From Coriobacteriia bacterium (GTDB lineage: Bacteria; Actinomycetota; Coriobacteriia; Coriobacteriales; Eggerthellaceae), in the NCBI GenBank assembly GCA_030540225.1, contig JAUNWQ010000002.1:1-57894 (forward strand): a stretch of DNA of 57,894 nucleotides, written 5' to 3'. This document shows, piece by piece, positions 8,888-18,600 of this stretch. The notes below the pieces were generated by a model, which was not told where the DNA came from, made no database searches, and saw only the letters and a list, made by a program, of their open reading frames with translations. The translations under genes and the position numbers were made by a program. Every line of letters begins with the position of its first letter. Position 1 is the first letter of the stretch.

Positions 8888-8919
8888 AAGGCGCCCCGCA
8901 TTGTGCGGGGCGCCTTTCC
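8888..8919. terminator. gltD terminator; 32-bp direct repeat copy 2
   Basis: AAGGCGCCCCGCATTGTGCGGGGCGCCTTTCC, a GC hairpin about 30 nt downstream of the gltD stop. Confidence 0.85.
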
Positions 8920-8948
8920 TGCAAGGTGATTCAGCGGTGCAATTGAGG

Positions 8949-10463
8949 CTACAGCCCCAGATCGACCGCCACTTCAGCCGCGCACTTGAGCGCGTCGGCC
9001 ATCGAGCTCACCACGAGCGAGCTGCCGTTGCGCGCATCGCCCGCGACATACACTGCGGCACGACCCGCCGCAGCAGCGCCTTCGGCCAGCTCAGCGCGAT
9101 GCGTCGCCGCAGCCGCGCCGGTCGCGCCGCCTTCCATCACAGGAAGGGGACGGCCCGTCGCCGCCACGGGAACGCCGAGTGCATCGAACACGCCATGTTC
9201 GGGACCCGCGAAACCGCAGGCCACAAGCACCAGCTGCGCGTCGATTTCCCGCTCAGAGCCCTCGACCGCAGAAGGCTTGCCCGCCGACCAATCGAGCGAA
9301 TGGACCCGAAGCCCGCGCACGCGCCCGTCGCTATCCAGGAGCACGCGCTGCGTGTCGGCACACCATTCACGCAGGTCATCGCCTTGAAGCGCAATAGCCT
9401 CCTCCTGGCCGTAATCGGTCTTCTTCACGTTGGGCCACTCGGGCCACGCATTGGAGGCCGCACGCACCTCGGGCGCGCAGGGGCCGTATTCCAGCTGGCG
9501 CACCGTGCGCGCACCCTGGCGCACCGCCGTGCCCATGCAGTCGTTGCCCGTGTCGCCGCCGCCGATGACGACGACGTCTTTGCCCTCGGCGCTGATAGCA
9601 GGCTCGCGGCCCTCGAGCAGCGCGCGCGTCTGCTCGGTGAGATAATCGACCGCGTAGACCACGTCACCCGAGGCGAGGCCTTCCTCGAAGCCCTCGGCGC
9701 GAACACCGCGTGCCGCACACGCGCCCGCCGCCACGACGACCGCGTCGAATTCCTCGGCAAGCCCCGCAGCCACCGCGGAATCGGCCGCGTCGGTGTTCAG
9801 GCGAAACTCGATTCCAAGCTCTGCCATAAGCTCGGTACGGCGCGCGACCACCGTCTTTTCGAGCTTCATGTTGGGGATGCCGTACATGAGAAGGCCGCCC
9901 GCACGATCGTGGCGCTCCACCACCGTGACACGGGCACCGCGGCGCGCGAGGTCCCAAGCAGCGACCAAACCTGCAGGTCCCGAACCAATCACGGCGACCT
10001 TCGGGGCATCCGCGGCGGCAGGCGCGAACCTGCGCGGCCCGCCGTGTTCCCATTGCCAATCGGAGATGGCACGCTCATTGTCGTGGATCGTCACGGGCTC
10101 GTCGTTGCGGCCTAAGTTGCACGCCGCCTCGCACAGCGCCGGGCACACGCGGCTCGTGAACTCGGGCATGGGACTCGTGAGCGACAGACGCGCCGCCGCC
10201 TCGTCCCACTGGCCGCGCCACGCGAGGTCGTTCCACTCGGGAATCAGGTTGTGAAGCGGGCACCCCGAGGGGCGCGCCTTCCCAAACGAGGCCCCGAACT
10301 GGCAAAACGCAACGCCACATGCCATGCAGCGACTCGCCTGCACCCTCTGCTCGCCCTCGGGAAGGTTCACACCCAACTCGTTGAAATCCTGCGTGCGCTC
10401 CGCAACGGGACGCAGGTCATGAGCATGGCGGCCATGCTCCAAAAACGCTCCTGGCTTGCCCAT
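8949..10463 (-). CDS. gltD: Glutamate synthase small (beta) subunit
   Basis: QASRCMACGVAFC, GCPLHNLIPEWN, SRVCPALCEAAC, GSGPAG, GGLLMYGIPNMKL, GGGDTGNDC. Confidence 0.95.
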   Translation of the reverse strand: MGKPGAFLEHGRHAHDLRPVAERTQDFNELGVNLPEGEQRVQASRCMACGVAFCQFGASFGKARPSGCPLHNLIPEWNDLAWRGQWDEAAARLSLTSPMPEFTSRVCPALCEAACNLGRNDEPVTIHDNERAISDWQWEHGGPRRFAPAAADAPKVAVIGSGPAGLVAAWDLARRGARVTVVERHDRAGGLLMYGIPNMKLEKTVVARRTELMAELGIEFRLNTDAADSAVAAGLAEEFDAVVVAAGACAARGVRAEGFEEGLASGDVVYAVDYLTEQTRALLEGREPAISAEGKDVVVIGGGDTGNDCMGTAVRQGARTVRQLEYGPCAPEVRAASNAWPEWPNVKKTDYGQEEAIALQGDDLREWCADTQRVLLDSDGRVRGLRVHSLDWSAGKPSAVEGSEREIDAQLVLVACGFAGPEHGVFDALGVPVAATGRPLPVMEGGATGAAAATHRAELAEGAAAAGRAAVYVAGDARNGSSLVVSSMADALKCAAEVAVDLGL

Positions 10464-10466
10464 CGC

Positions 10467-13400
10467 TTACTTCCCTTCCGTCATGGCGTCGAACGCGATC
10501 TGCAACGCCTCTTCATGCGACTTCCCCGATGCCTCGGCGGCCTCGACCGCGTTGATCACGCGCTCGTAATCGCGGGGAATCACCTTCACGAACAGCTTCT
10601 TCAATGTGTTGAACTGGTAGAGCAGCTTGATGCCGCGCGGCGACTGCGTGCGCTCGGCGTGCTCCTCGATCAGGCTGCGGATGAGCTCGATCTCGTCCTC
10701 GGAGGGCTCGCACAGGCGCACCATGTCGAGGTTGCAATTGTCCGCGAGCGTGCCGAACTTGTCGTACACGTACGCCACGCCGCCCGACATGCCCGCCGCG
10801 AAGTTCGGCCCGACCTCGCCCAAGATAAGCGCGATGCCGCCGGTCATGTACTCGCAGCCGTGGTTGCCCACGCCCTCGACGACCACCGTGGCGCCCGAGT
10901 TGCGCACGGCGAAGCGCTGGCCGGAAAGGCCGTTCACGAAGCCTTTTCCGCTGGTCGCGCCATAGAACGCCACGTTGCCCACGACCACGTTCTCGTCGAA
11001 CTTGTACGTCGCCGCCTCAGGCGGGCGCACCGTCAGGACGCCGCCCGAAAGCCCCTTGCCGAAGTAGTCGTTCGCATCGCCCTCGATGTTCAGCGTGATG
11101 CCGCGCGGCAGGAAGGCGCCGAAGCTCTGGCCGCCCGAGCCGTCGCAGTCCACCGTGATCGAGCCCTCGGGAAGCCCTTCGGGATGCTGGCGCGTCACCT
11201 GGCTGCCGAGCATCGTGCCCACACAGCGGTTCACGTTGGCGATGTCGGCGCGGAAGCGGATGGGGCGCAGATGCTCGCGCGCCTCGGCCGTGTAGGGGAT
11301 GAACAGCGTCGCGTCGAGCGCGCGGTCAAGCTGGCAGTCGGGCGCCATCGAGGGGAGGAAGTGCTTGCCCTCGGCACCGGGGATAGCCTGGCCGAACTCG
11401 TTGGTCACCGTGGCGAGCATGTCGGAGAGGTCCATCTCGTTCGCCTTCCAGTTGCCCGGCACCTCGACCTGGCGCAGGTACTCGGGATGGCCGACCATCT
11501 CGTCGACCGTGCGGAAGCCGAGCTGCGCCATGATCTCGCGCATCTCCTCGGCGACGAACATCATGAAGTTCACGACGTACTCGGGCTTGCCGGCAAAGCA
11601 GCTGCGCAGCTTGCAATTCTGCGTCGCGACGCCCACGGGGCAGGTGTCCTGCTGGCAGTCGCGCTGCATCATGCAGCCCATGGCGACGAGCGGCATAGTG
11701 GCGAAACCGAACTCCTCGGCGCCGAGCAGCGCGGCCATGACCACGTCGCGCCCGCACATGAGCTTGCCGTCGGTTTCCACCACGACACGGCTGCGCAGGC
11801 CGTTGCGCAGAAGCGTCTGCTGCGTTTCGGCGAGGCCGATCTCGAACGGGATGCCCGCATGGTAGATCGAGTCGCGCGGGGCCGCACCCGTGCCGCCGTT
11901 GTGGCCGGAGATGGTGATCTTGTCGGCGCCGCCCTTGGCAACGCCCGTGGCGATGGTGCCCACGCCCGCGAGCGCGCACAACTTCACCGACACGCGCGCG
12001 CCGGGATTGGCGTTCTTCAGGTCGAAGATGAGCTCGGCCAAGTCCTCGATCGAGTAAATGTCATGGTGCGGCGGCGGGGAAATGAGCCCCACACCTGGGG
12101 TGGAGCGACGTACCTCGGCGATCCAGGGGTACACCTTCTTGCCAGGCAGGTGCCCGCCTTCGCCTGGCTTTGCGCCCTGCGCCATCTTGATCTGGATCTC
12201 GATGGCGGAGGAGAGGTAACGACTCGTCACGCCGAAGCGGCCCGACGCCACCTGCTTGATGGCGCTGCACTTGCTGTCACCGTTGGGGAGCGGCGTCTCG
12301 CGAGCGGGGTCCTCGCCGCCTTCACCCGTGTTCGACTTGCCGCCGAGACGGTTCATCGCGATGGCCAGGCATTCATGCGCTTCCTTGGAGATGGAGCCAT
12401 AGCTCATGGCGCCCGTGTTGAAGCGCTTGACGATCTCGCTTGCGGGCTCGACCTCGTCGATCGGCACCGGGGCGCCCTGCGGCGCGAAGTCGAGCAGATC
12501 GCGCAGCGTCACCGCGCGGCCGGGCACATGGCATGCGGCGCTGTATTCCTTGAACATGCCGTAGTCGCCTTCGCGCACCGCACGCTGGAGCAGGTAGATC
12601 GTCTGGGGATTGATCAGGTGCTCCTCGCCGTCAATCGGACGCCACGAGGTCACGCCGAGCGAGGGAAGCTGGTCGGGCGCCGGGGTCTTGTCGAGCGCGA
12701 TCGCCTTGTCGTAGCGCTCATTCAGCTCGCGCTGCACGCCTTCCACGCCAAGTCCGCCGATGCGCGTGGAGGTATGGGTGAAGCACTCGTCGACGAACGC
12801 GTCATCGAGGCCCAGAATCTCGAAGATCTGCGCGGAATGGTAACCCTGCATCGTGGAGATGCCCATCTTCGACATGATGGACGTGATGCCCGCGGTGACC
12901 GCCTTGTCGTAGTTCGCGACAGCGGTGTCGCCGTCCACGTCGAGCTCGCCGCGCTCGCACAGATCGCGGATGCACTCGTGCGCCATATATGGGTAGATGC
13001 CCGAAGCGGAATAGCCCACCAAGCAGGCGAAATCGTGCGCACGCATCGCGTCGCCGGTCTCGACAAGCAGGTCGGCATCAGTGCGCAGGCCCACGTTGAT
13101 CAGGTGGTTGTGCACTGCGGCGAGCGAAAGAAGGCTCGGGATGGGGACTTCCCCCTTGCCCGCGCGGTCGGACAGCACGATCAGGTTCGCGCCGCCGCGC
13201 ACGGCAGCTTCCACGTTCTCGCGCAATGCGGCGAGCGCCCCTTCGAGCGCGCCCTCCTCAGCGCTGCGCTGATAGGTGCAGCTGAAGCGCGCCGTCTTGA
13301 ACCCGACGCGGTCGATCGAGCACAGGCGGTTGAACTCGTCGTGCGTGAGCATCGGACCCTCGAGGCGCACAAGGCGGCAGGTGTCGCGGCAGTCTTCCAA

Positions 13401-15140
13401 AAGGTTGCCGTGGTTGCCGACATAGAGCACCGTCGAGGTGACGAAGCTTTCGCGCAATGCATCGATCGGCGGGTTCGTCACCTGGGCGAACAGCTGGTTG
13501 AAATAGTCGAAGAAGCTGCGCGTCTTCTTGGAGAGGCACGCAAGCGGCGCATCGGTTCCCATGGACGCGAGCGGAATCGAGCCCTTGTTCGCCATGGGGC
13601 GGACGAGCTCTTGGATGTCGTCGAAGTGGTAGCCCAGCTTGGCCATGCGGCGCGTGAAGGGCACGCCTGCGTCCTCCTCCGCGGCAGGGTCGGCAGGCTC
13701 GGGCAGTGGCAGATCGTCGACCGAGAGCATTTCCTCGCCAAGCCAATCGCGGTAGGGCTTCTCGTTCGCGTAGCGATTGCGAATCTCGTCGTTCCAGATG
13801 ACGCGTCCCTGATCGGGGTCGACCTCGAGCATCTCGCCTGGGCCGAGACACCCCGCTTGCAGGATGTCCTCGGGATCGACGTCAATTGTGCCGACCTCGG
13901 AAGACAGGATGAGCCAGTCCTTGCGCGTGACGTAGTAGCGAGCCGGGCGCAAGCCGTTGCGGTCGAGCGCGGCGCCGAGCATGCGGCCGTCGGTGAACGC
14001 GATGGCGGCAGGCCCGTCCCAAGGCTCCATGAGCATGGACTGGTAAGCGTCGTAGGCGCGGCGCTTCTCGTCGATGCGATCGTTGTTGTCCCACGGCTCG
14101 GGAATCATCATGGTGACGGCGCGGTCGAGCGGACGGCCGTTCATCGTCAGGAACTCGAGCACGTTGTCCAAGATGGCAGAGTCAGAACCCTCGCGGTTGA
14201 TAATCGGCAGGATCTTCTTCAGGTCCTCGCCGAGCACCGGGCTGTAGAGCTTCGGCTCGCGAGCGCGCGTCCAGGAGATATTGCCGCGCAGCGTGTTGAT
14301 TTCGCCGTTGTGGATGATGTAGCGGTTCGGATGCGCGCGCTCCCACGACGGCGTCGTGTTCGTGGAGTAGCGCGAATGCACGAGCGCGAGGGAGGTCTCG
14401 ACCGCCGCATCGTTCAGGTCAGTGAAGAAGCGGCGCATCTGGGTCGCCACGAGCATGCCCTTGTAGACGATGGTGCGGCTCGACATCGAGCACACGTAGA
14501 AGATCTTGTTCGCGAGCGCCGGGTTCGCGTCAGCCGCGCGCTCGATGGTGCGACGACACACATAGAGCTTGCGTTCGAAATCCTGGCCTGCGGAAACGTC
14601 TTCCGGGCGACGCAAAAAGGCCTGCAGGATGGTCGGCATGCACGCCTGCGCGGTGCTGCCCAGGTCGTGCGGGTCGACCGGCACCTCGCGCCAGAACATC
14701 AAGGGCACGCCGCACTTCGCGCAGCCTTCCTCGAAGACGCGCTTCGCGTCGCGCACGCCAACTTCGTCATCGTGCGGGAAGAAGAGCATGGCAACGCCGT
14801 AGTCGCCTTCCCCCGGCAAAAGCTGGCCTTCCTTCTGCGCTTCCTTGCGGAAGAAGCGATGCGGAATCTGGAAGAGCACGCCCGCGCCGTCGCCGGTGTT
14901 GCGCTCGAGGCCCGTGCCTCCGCGGTGCTCCAGATTGACCAGCACCGACAGCGCATCGTCCAGCATGGCATGGCTGCGCTCGCCTTTCAGATGCGCCAAT
15001 GCGCCGATGCCGCATGCGTCGTGCTCGTATGATTCGCGGTAAAGACCCGCCGCGGGCTGCTTCTCCTCGCAAGCCGCGCATGCCCCTTGCGCAGCTTCAT
15101 ACCGAGGCGCCCCCGCCTGTTCGCTCAGTTGATAGTTCAT
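10467..15140 (-). CDS. gltB: Glutamate synthase large (alpha) subunit
   Basis: HDACGIG (N-terminal nucleophile Cys), HSRYSTNT, HNGEINT, MEPWDGPA, KMAQGAKPGEGG, CMMQRDCQQDTCPVG [3Fe-4S], GXGXG domain. Confidence 0.97.
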   Translation of the reverse strand: MNYQLSEQAGAPRYEAAQGACAACEEKQPAAGLYRESYEHDACGIGALAHLKGERSHAMLDDALSVLVNLEHRGGTGLERNTGDGAGVLFQIPHRFFRKEAQKEGQLLPGEGDYGVAMLFFPHDDEVGVRDAKRVFEEGCAKCGVPLMFWREVPVDPHDLGSTAQACMPTILQAFLRRPEDVSAGQDFERKLYVCRRTIERAADANPALANKIFYVCSMSSRTIVYKGMLVATQMRRFFTDLNDAAVETSLALVHSRYSTNTTPSWERAHPNRYIIHNGEINTLRGNISWTRAREPKLYSPVLGEDLKKILPIINREGSDSAILDNVLEFLTMNGRPLDRAVTMMIPEPWDNNDRIDEKRRAYDAYQSMLMEPWDGPAAIAFTDGRMLGAALDRNGLRPARYYVTRKDWLILSSEVGTIDVDPEDILQAGCLGPGEMLEVDPDQGRVIWNDEIRNRYANEKPYRDWLGEEMLSVDDLPLPEPADPAAEEDAGVPFTRRMAKLGYHFDDIQELVRPMANKGSIPLASMGTDAPLACLSKKTRSFFDYFNQLFAQVTNPPIDALRESFVTSTVLYVGNHGNLLEDCRDTCRLVRLEGPMLTHDEFNRLCSIDRVGFKTARFSCTYQRSAEEGALEGALAALRENVEAAVRGGANLIVLSDRAGKGEVPIPSLLSLAAVHNHLINVGLRTDADLLVETGDAMRAHDFACLVGYSASGIYPYMAHECIRDLCERGELDVDGDTAVANYDKAVTAGITSIMSKMGISTMQGYHSAQIFEILGLDDAFVDECFTHTSTRIGGLGVEGVQRELNERYDKAIALDKTPAPDQLPSLGVTSWRPIDGEEHLINPQTIYLLQRAVREGDYGMFKEYSAACHVPGRAVTLRDLLDFAPQGAPVPIDEVEPASEIVKRFNTGAMSYGSISKEAHECLAIAMNRLGGKSNTGEGGEDPARETPLPNGDSKCSAIKQVASGRFGVTSRYLSSAIEIQIKMAQGAKPGEGGHLPGKKVYPWIAEVRRSTPGVGLISPPPHHDIYSIEDLAELIFDLKNANPGARVSVKLCALAGVGTIATGVAKGGADKITISGHNGGTGAAPRDSIYHAGIPFEIGLAETQQTLLRNGLRSRVVVETDGKLMCGRDVVMAALLGAEEFGFATMPLVAMGCMMQRDCQQDTCPVGVATQNCKLRSCFAGKPEYVVNFMMFVAEEMREIMAQLGFRTVDEMVGHPEYLRQVEVPGNWKANEMDLSDMLATVTNEFGQAIPGAEGKHFLPSMAPDCQLDRALDATLFIPYTAEAREHLRPIRFRADIANVNRCVGTMLGSQVTRQHPEGLPEGSITVDCDGSGGQSFGAFLPRGITLNIEGDANDYFGKGLSGGVLTVRPPEAATYKFDENVVVGNVAFYGATSGKGFVNGLSGQRFAVRNSGATVVVEGVGNHGCEYMTGGIALILGEVGPNFAAGMSGGVAYVYDKFGTLADNCNLDMVRLCEPSEDEIELIRSLIEEHAERTQSPRGIKLLYQFNTLKKLFVKVIPRDYERVINAVEAAEASGKSHEEALQIAFDAMTEGK

Positions 15141-15229
15141 ATGCGATCCTTCGTCTATAGGGCTGCCGTTTTACCAAAATGGCAGTCTATGACGTAGTGT
15201 ATCGACTCTTGAGCGCTTTGTTTCAAGCT

Positions 15230-15268
15230 GCAACATGGTTATGACAACCTGGAAACAGACTTGAAACA
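15230..15268. promoter_or_regulatory. GlnR-box-like array upstream of gltBD
   Basis: GCAACA, ATGACA, GAAACA, GAAACA at 15230, 15241, 15252 and 15263 (11-bp phase). Resembles the actinobacterial gTnAc-n6-GaAAc box. Minus-strand -10 TACACT at 15196-15201. Confidence 0.6.
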
Positions 15269-15318
15269 AAGCAACCGCGATGCGGCGGCGGGCGGCAGAA
15301 AGCATGCGGGGAAGCAAG

Positions 15319-15499
15319 ATTCTGGCACAAAAACCGAGCTGTCCCACGAATTACGTCCCTATCGTTTCTCGAATCGAAGGAAACCTGAAAGCTGCGCCAA
15401 CCTTTCAAAAAGTAACCCCAGGTCGAGCAGTTGCTCAACCCGGGGTTACTTTCTTAGCCGTCAACCCTCCGTGGGACAGCTCGGTTTTTGTGCCAGAAT
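15319..15499. repeat. 181-bp palindromic element with perfect 30-bp terminal inverted repeats (MITE/REP-like)
   Basis: ATTCTGGCACAAAAACCGAGCTGTCCCACG (15319-48) and its exact reverse complement (15470-99); internal hairpin at 15409-15452. Confidence 0.85.
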
Positions 15500-15671
15500 T
15501 TCCCGATTTCGCTGCACTTTTTGCTAGCGGGAGCCTCGTTTGCGAATCGGAAGCCAAAAGCCTGCTGCGGGCGACGCGAGGAGCGGTGTCCACCCAGCGC
15601 GTTCGACGGCAAAGCGGGCGCCTCGTGTAAGCGAAACGCCCGCCCAACTCACGGCAGCACTTGAGTCCCGC

Positions 15672-18600
15672 TTACGCGAGCTCGGTTTCCACCTCGAGCT
15701 TGCCCGCATCCTGAGCTTTACCGTGCGACCCGTCGGCGTTCACGAAGGTGTCGCGGGCCGCGCGGGCCTCCGACTCCTTCTCCGCCAAATTCGCCTTCGC
15801 AACTGAGATCATCAACTTGATGCGGTTGAGCTGGTTCACCTCCGACGCGCCCGGATCGTAGTCGACAGCCACGATGTTGCTTTCGGGATAACGGCGGCGC
15901 AGCTCCTTGATTACGGCCTTGCCGACAACGTGGTTCGGCAAGCACGCGAACGGCTGGGTGCACACCACGTTCGGCGCGCCGGTCTTGATAAGCTCCACCA
16001 TCTCGGCGGTAAGCAGCCACCCCTCGCCCATCGAGTTACACAGCGAGAGAATCTCGCTCGCATATTCGGCCAGCTCATAGATGTTCGCCGGCGGGTTGAA
16101 ACGCGACGACTCAGCGAGCGCCTTGTTCACCGGTGCGCGGAACTTCTTGATGGCGGAAAGCGCCACCTTCGACCCAAGTGCACCCTTCGAGCTGCGCCCG
16201 AGCGGATCTTTCTGGAAAATGCCACCCGCAACGCCGAACAGGAAGAACTCGATGAGCCCCGGCACCACGGCCTCGCACCCTTCCCGCTCGATCACGTCGA
16301 CGATCTGGTTGTTCGCCGTGGGATGGAACTTCACGAGGATTTCGCCCACCACGCCGACGCGCGGCTTGGTTCCCTCGCCCTGGAGCGGCAGCGTGTCGAA
16401 GTCCTCGACAATCTGACGGATCGTGCGCTTGAAGCGGCCGTATGACTCGCCGGTTTCCAACTGGCCCTTGCACGTGGCCATCCAGTGGTCGAACAGGCGA
16501 TTCGCGCTACCGGGTTCCACCTCGTAGGGGCGCGTGCGATAGAGGCACTGCATGAGCACGTCGCCGTACTGCAACGCGTACACGGCCTGGAGCAGCATCT
16601 TCGGCGTGATCTTGAAGCCGGGGTTGTGCTCGCCTAAGTCCTTGAACGAGATGGCGATCACAGGAATGTGCGCGAGGCCCACAGCCTTCAGTGCCTTGCG
16701 GATAAGCGAGATGTAGTTGGTGGCGCGGCAGCCGCCGCCCGTCTGCGTGATGAGCACGGCAAGCTTGTCGGTGTCGTAGCGCCCCGACATGACGGCTTCC
16801 ATAATCTGGCCGGTGACCAGGATGGACGGGTAGCAGATGTCGTTGTTCACGTACTTGAGGCCCGCGTCGACCGCGCCGTGGTCCACACTCGGCAGAAGCT
16901 CGACGTTGTAGCCGAAGCGGCTGAAGATGGGCACGAGAAGCTCGAAATGGTACGGCGCCATCTGCGGAGCCAGGATGGTGTAGCCCTGCTCCTTCATCTC
17001 TTCGGTGAACACCGCGCGCGGGAACTCCGTGTCGGCGCCCTCGCGCTGGCGCATGCGCTCCTGAGCCTCGGGCGCAGCCTTCTCGTTGAACGCGTCGGGG
17101 ACGGCGTCGGGCGAGATCTCGATGTCGCACGCGGGGCAGCTAGCGGGCGTCGCGGTGCGTTCGGCCTCTTCATCGGCCTGATCCTTCAGTGCGGCAAGGA
17201 GGCTGCGCACGCGAATGCGGGCAGCGCCCAAGTTGGACACCTCGTCGATTTTAAGCACGGTGTACACCTTGCCCGCCGACTCGAGGATTTCCTGCACCTG
17301 GTCGGTGGTGAGCGCGTCCAAGCCGCAACCGAACGAGTTCAGTTGGATGAGGTCGAGGTCGCGACGCTCGGTCGCCACCTTCGCCGCCGCATAGAGGCGC
17401 GTGTGGTACATCCATTGATCGACCAGGCGAATCGGGCGCTCGAGCGTACCCAAGTGCGCGATGGAGTCCTCGGTGAGCACCGCCAGCCCAAAGCTCGTGA
17501 GCAGCTCGGGGATGGCATGGTTGATCTCGGGGTCGTTATGGTAGGGGCGGCCCGCCAGCACGATGCCGTGGGTGCCGGTCTCCTCCATCCATTTCAGGGT
17601 CTCGGTGCCCTTCACGCGCATGTCGCGCTTGAACGCCTCGTCTTCGGCCCAAGCAGCGTCGACCGCAGCGTCCACTTCCGCCTGCGTCGGGGCGGAAACA
17701 CCTTCGCCCATGAGCTCAGGGTACGCCTCGATAAGCTCAACCATCAGGCGTTTCTTCAGGTGCTCCTTCTTGTCGTAGGGAAGCCACGGGTTCAAGAACT
17801 GCGTCGACGACTCGCGCAGCTCATCGATGTTCAGGCGCAACGCCTCGGCATAGCTCGCCACGATCGGGCAGTTGAAATGGTTGCCCGCCGTGTCGTCTTC
17901 CTGGCGCTCCCACTTGCTGCAGGGGAACCAGATGAAGTCCGGATGCTTGTCGAGCAGGTTCATGATGTGGCCGTGCGAGAGCTTCGCCGGGTAGCACACG
18001 CTCTCCGACGGCATGGACTCGATGCCCGCCTCGTAGGTCTTCTTCGTGGACGGGTCGGAAAGCACCACGCGCCATCCGAGCTTCGTGAAGAAGGTGAACC
18101 AGAACGGGTAGTTCTCGTACATGTTGAGCGCACGGGGAATGCCCACCGTGCCACGCGGGGCCTTGTCGGCGGAAAGCGGCATGTAGTGGTCGAACAGGCG
18201 CTTGCTCTTGTACTCGAAAAGGTTCGGCACCTGCTGCGACTTCTTGTCGAGCGCGCCGGCGCCCTTCTCGCAGCGGTTGCCCGTGATGAAGCGGCGGTGT
18301 TTGCCGGTGTTCTCGTCCTTGCCGAAATCGTTCACCGTGAGCAGGCAGGCGTTCGAGCAGCCCTTGCAGCGCACGGTCTTGTGCGTGGGGGCGAGCGATT
18401 CGATCTGCTCGAGGGAAAGCAGCGTGGATTTGACCTGGGGAGCGGCGGAAGCCGATTCAACCTGCGGGGCGGCGGAAGCCGCGGACGAGCTACGCTCAGA
18501 AGCTGCGCAGCCTTCGCTCCGCTCGTCGGCGGCTTCCGCCTGGTCGGAGTTGAGGGCATGAGCTAGCTCCGCGGTGGATTCTTTCGCTTGCTCGGGATTG

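Noticed and set aside
10251-15032. 1593-aa plus-strand ORF, and similar long antisense ORFs at 53081-56779, 49088-51586, 18588-20834 and 16668-18566
   Set aside because: Shadow frames opposite well-conserved genes, expected from high-GC codon bias; no recognisable motifs.
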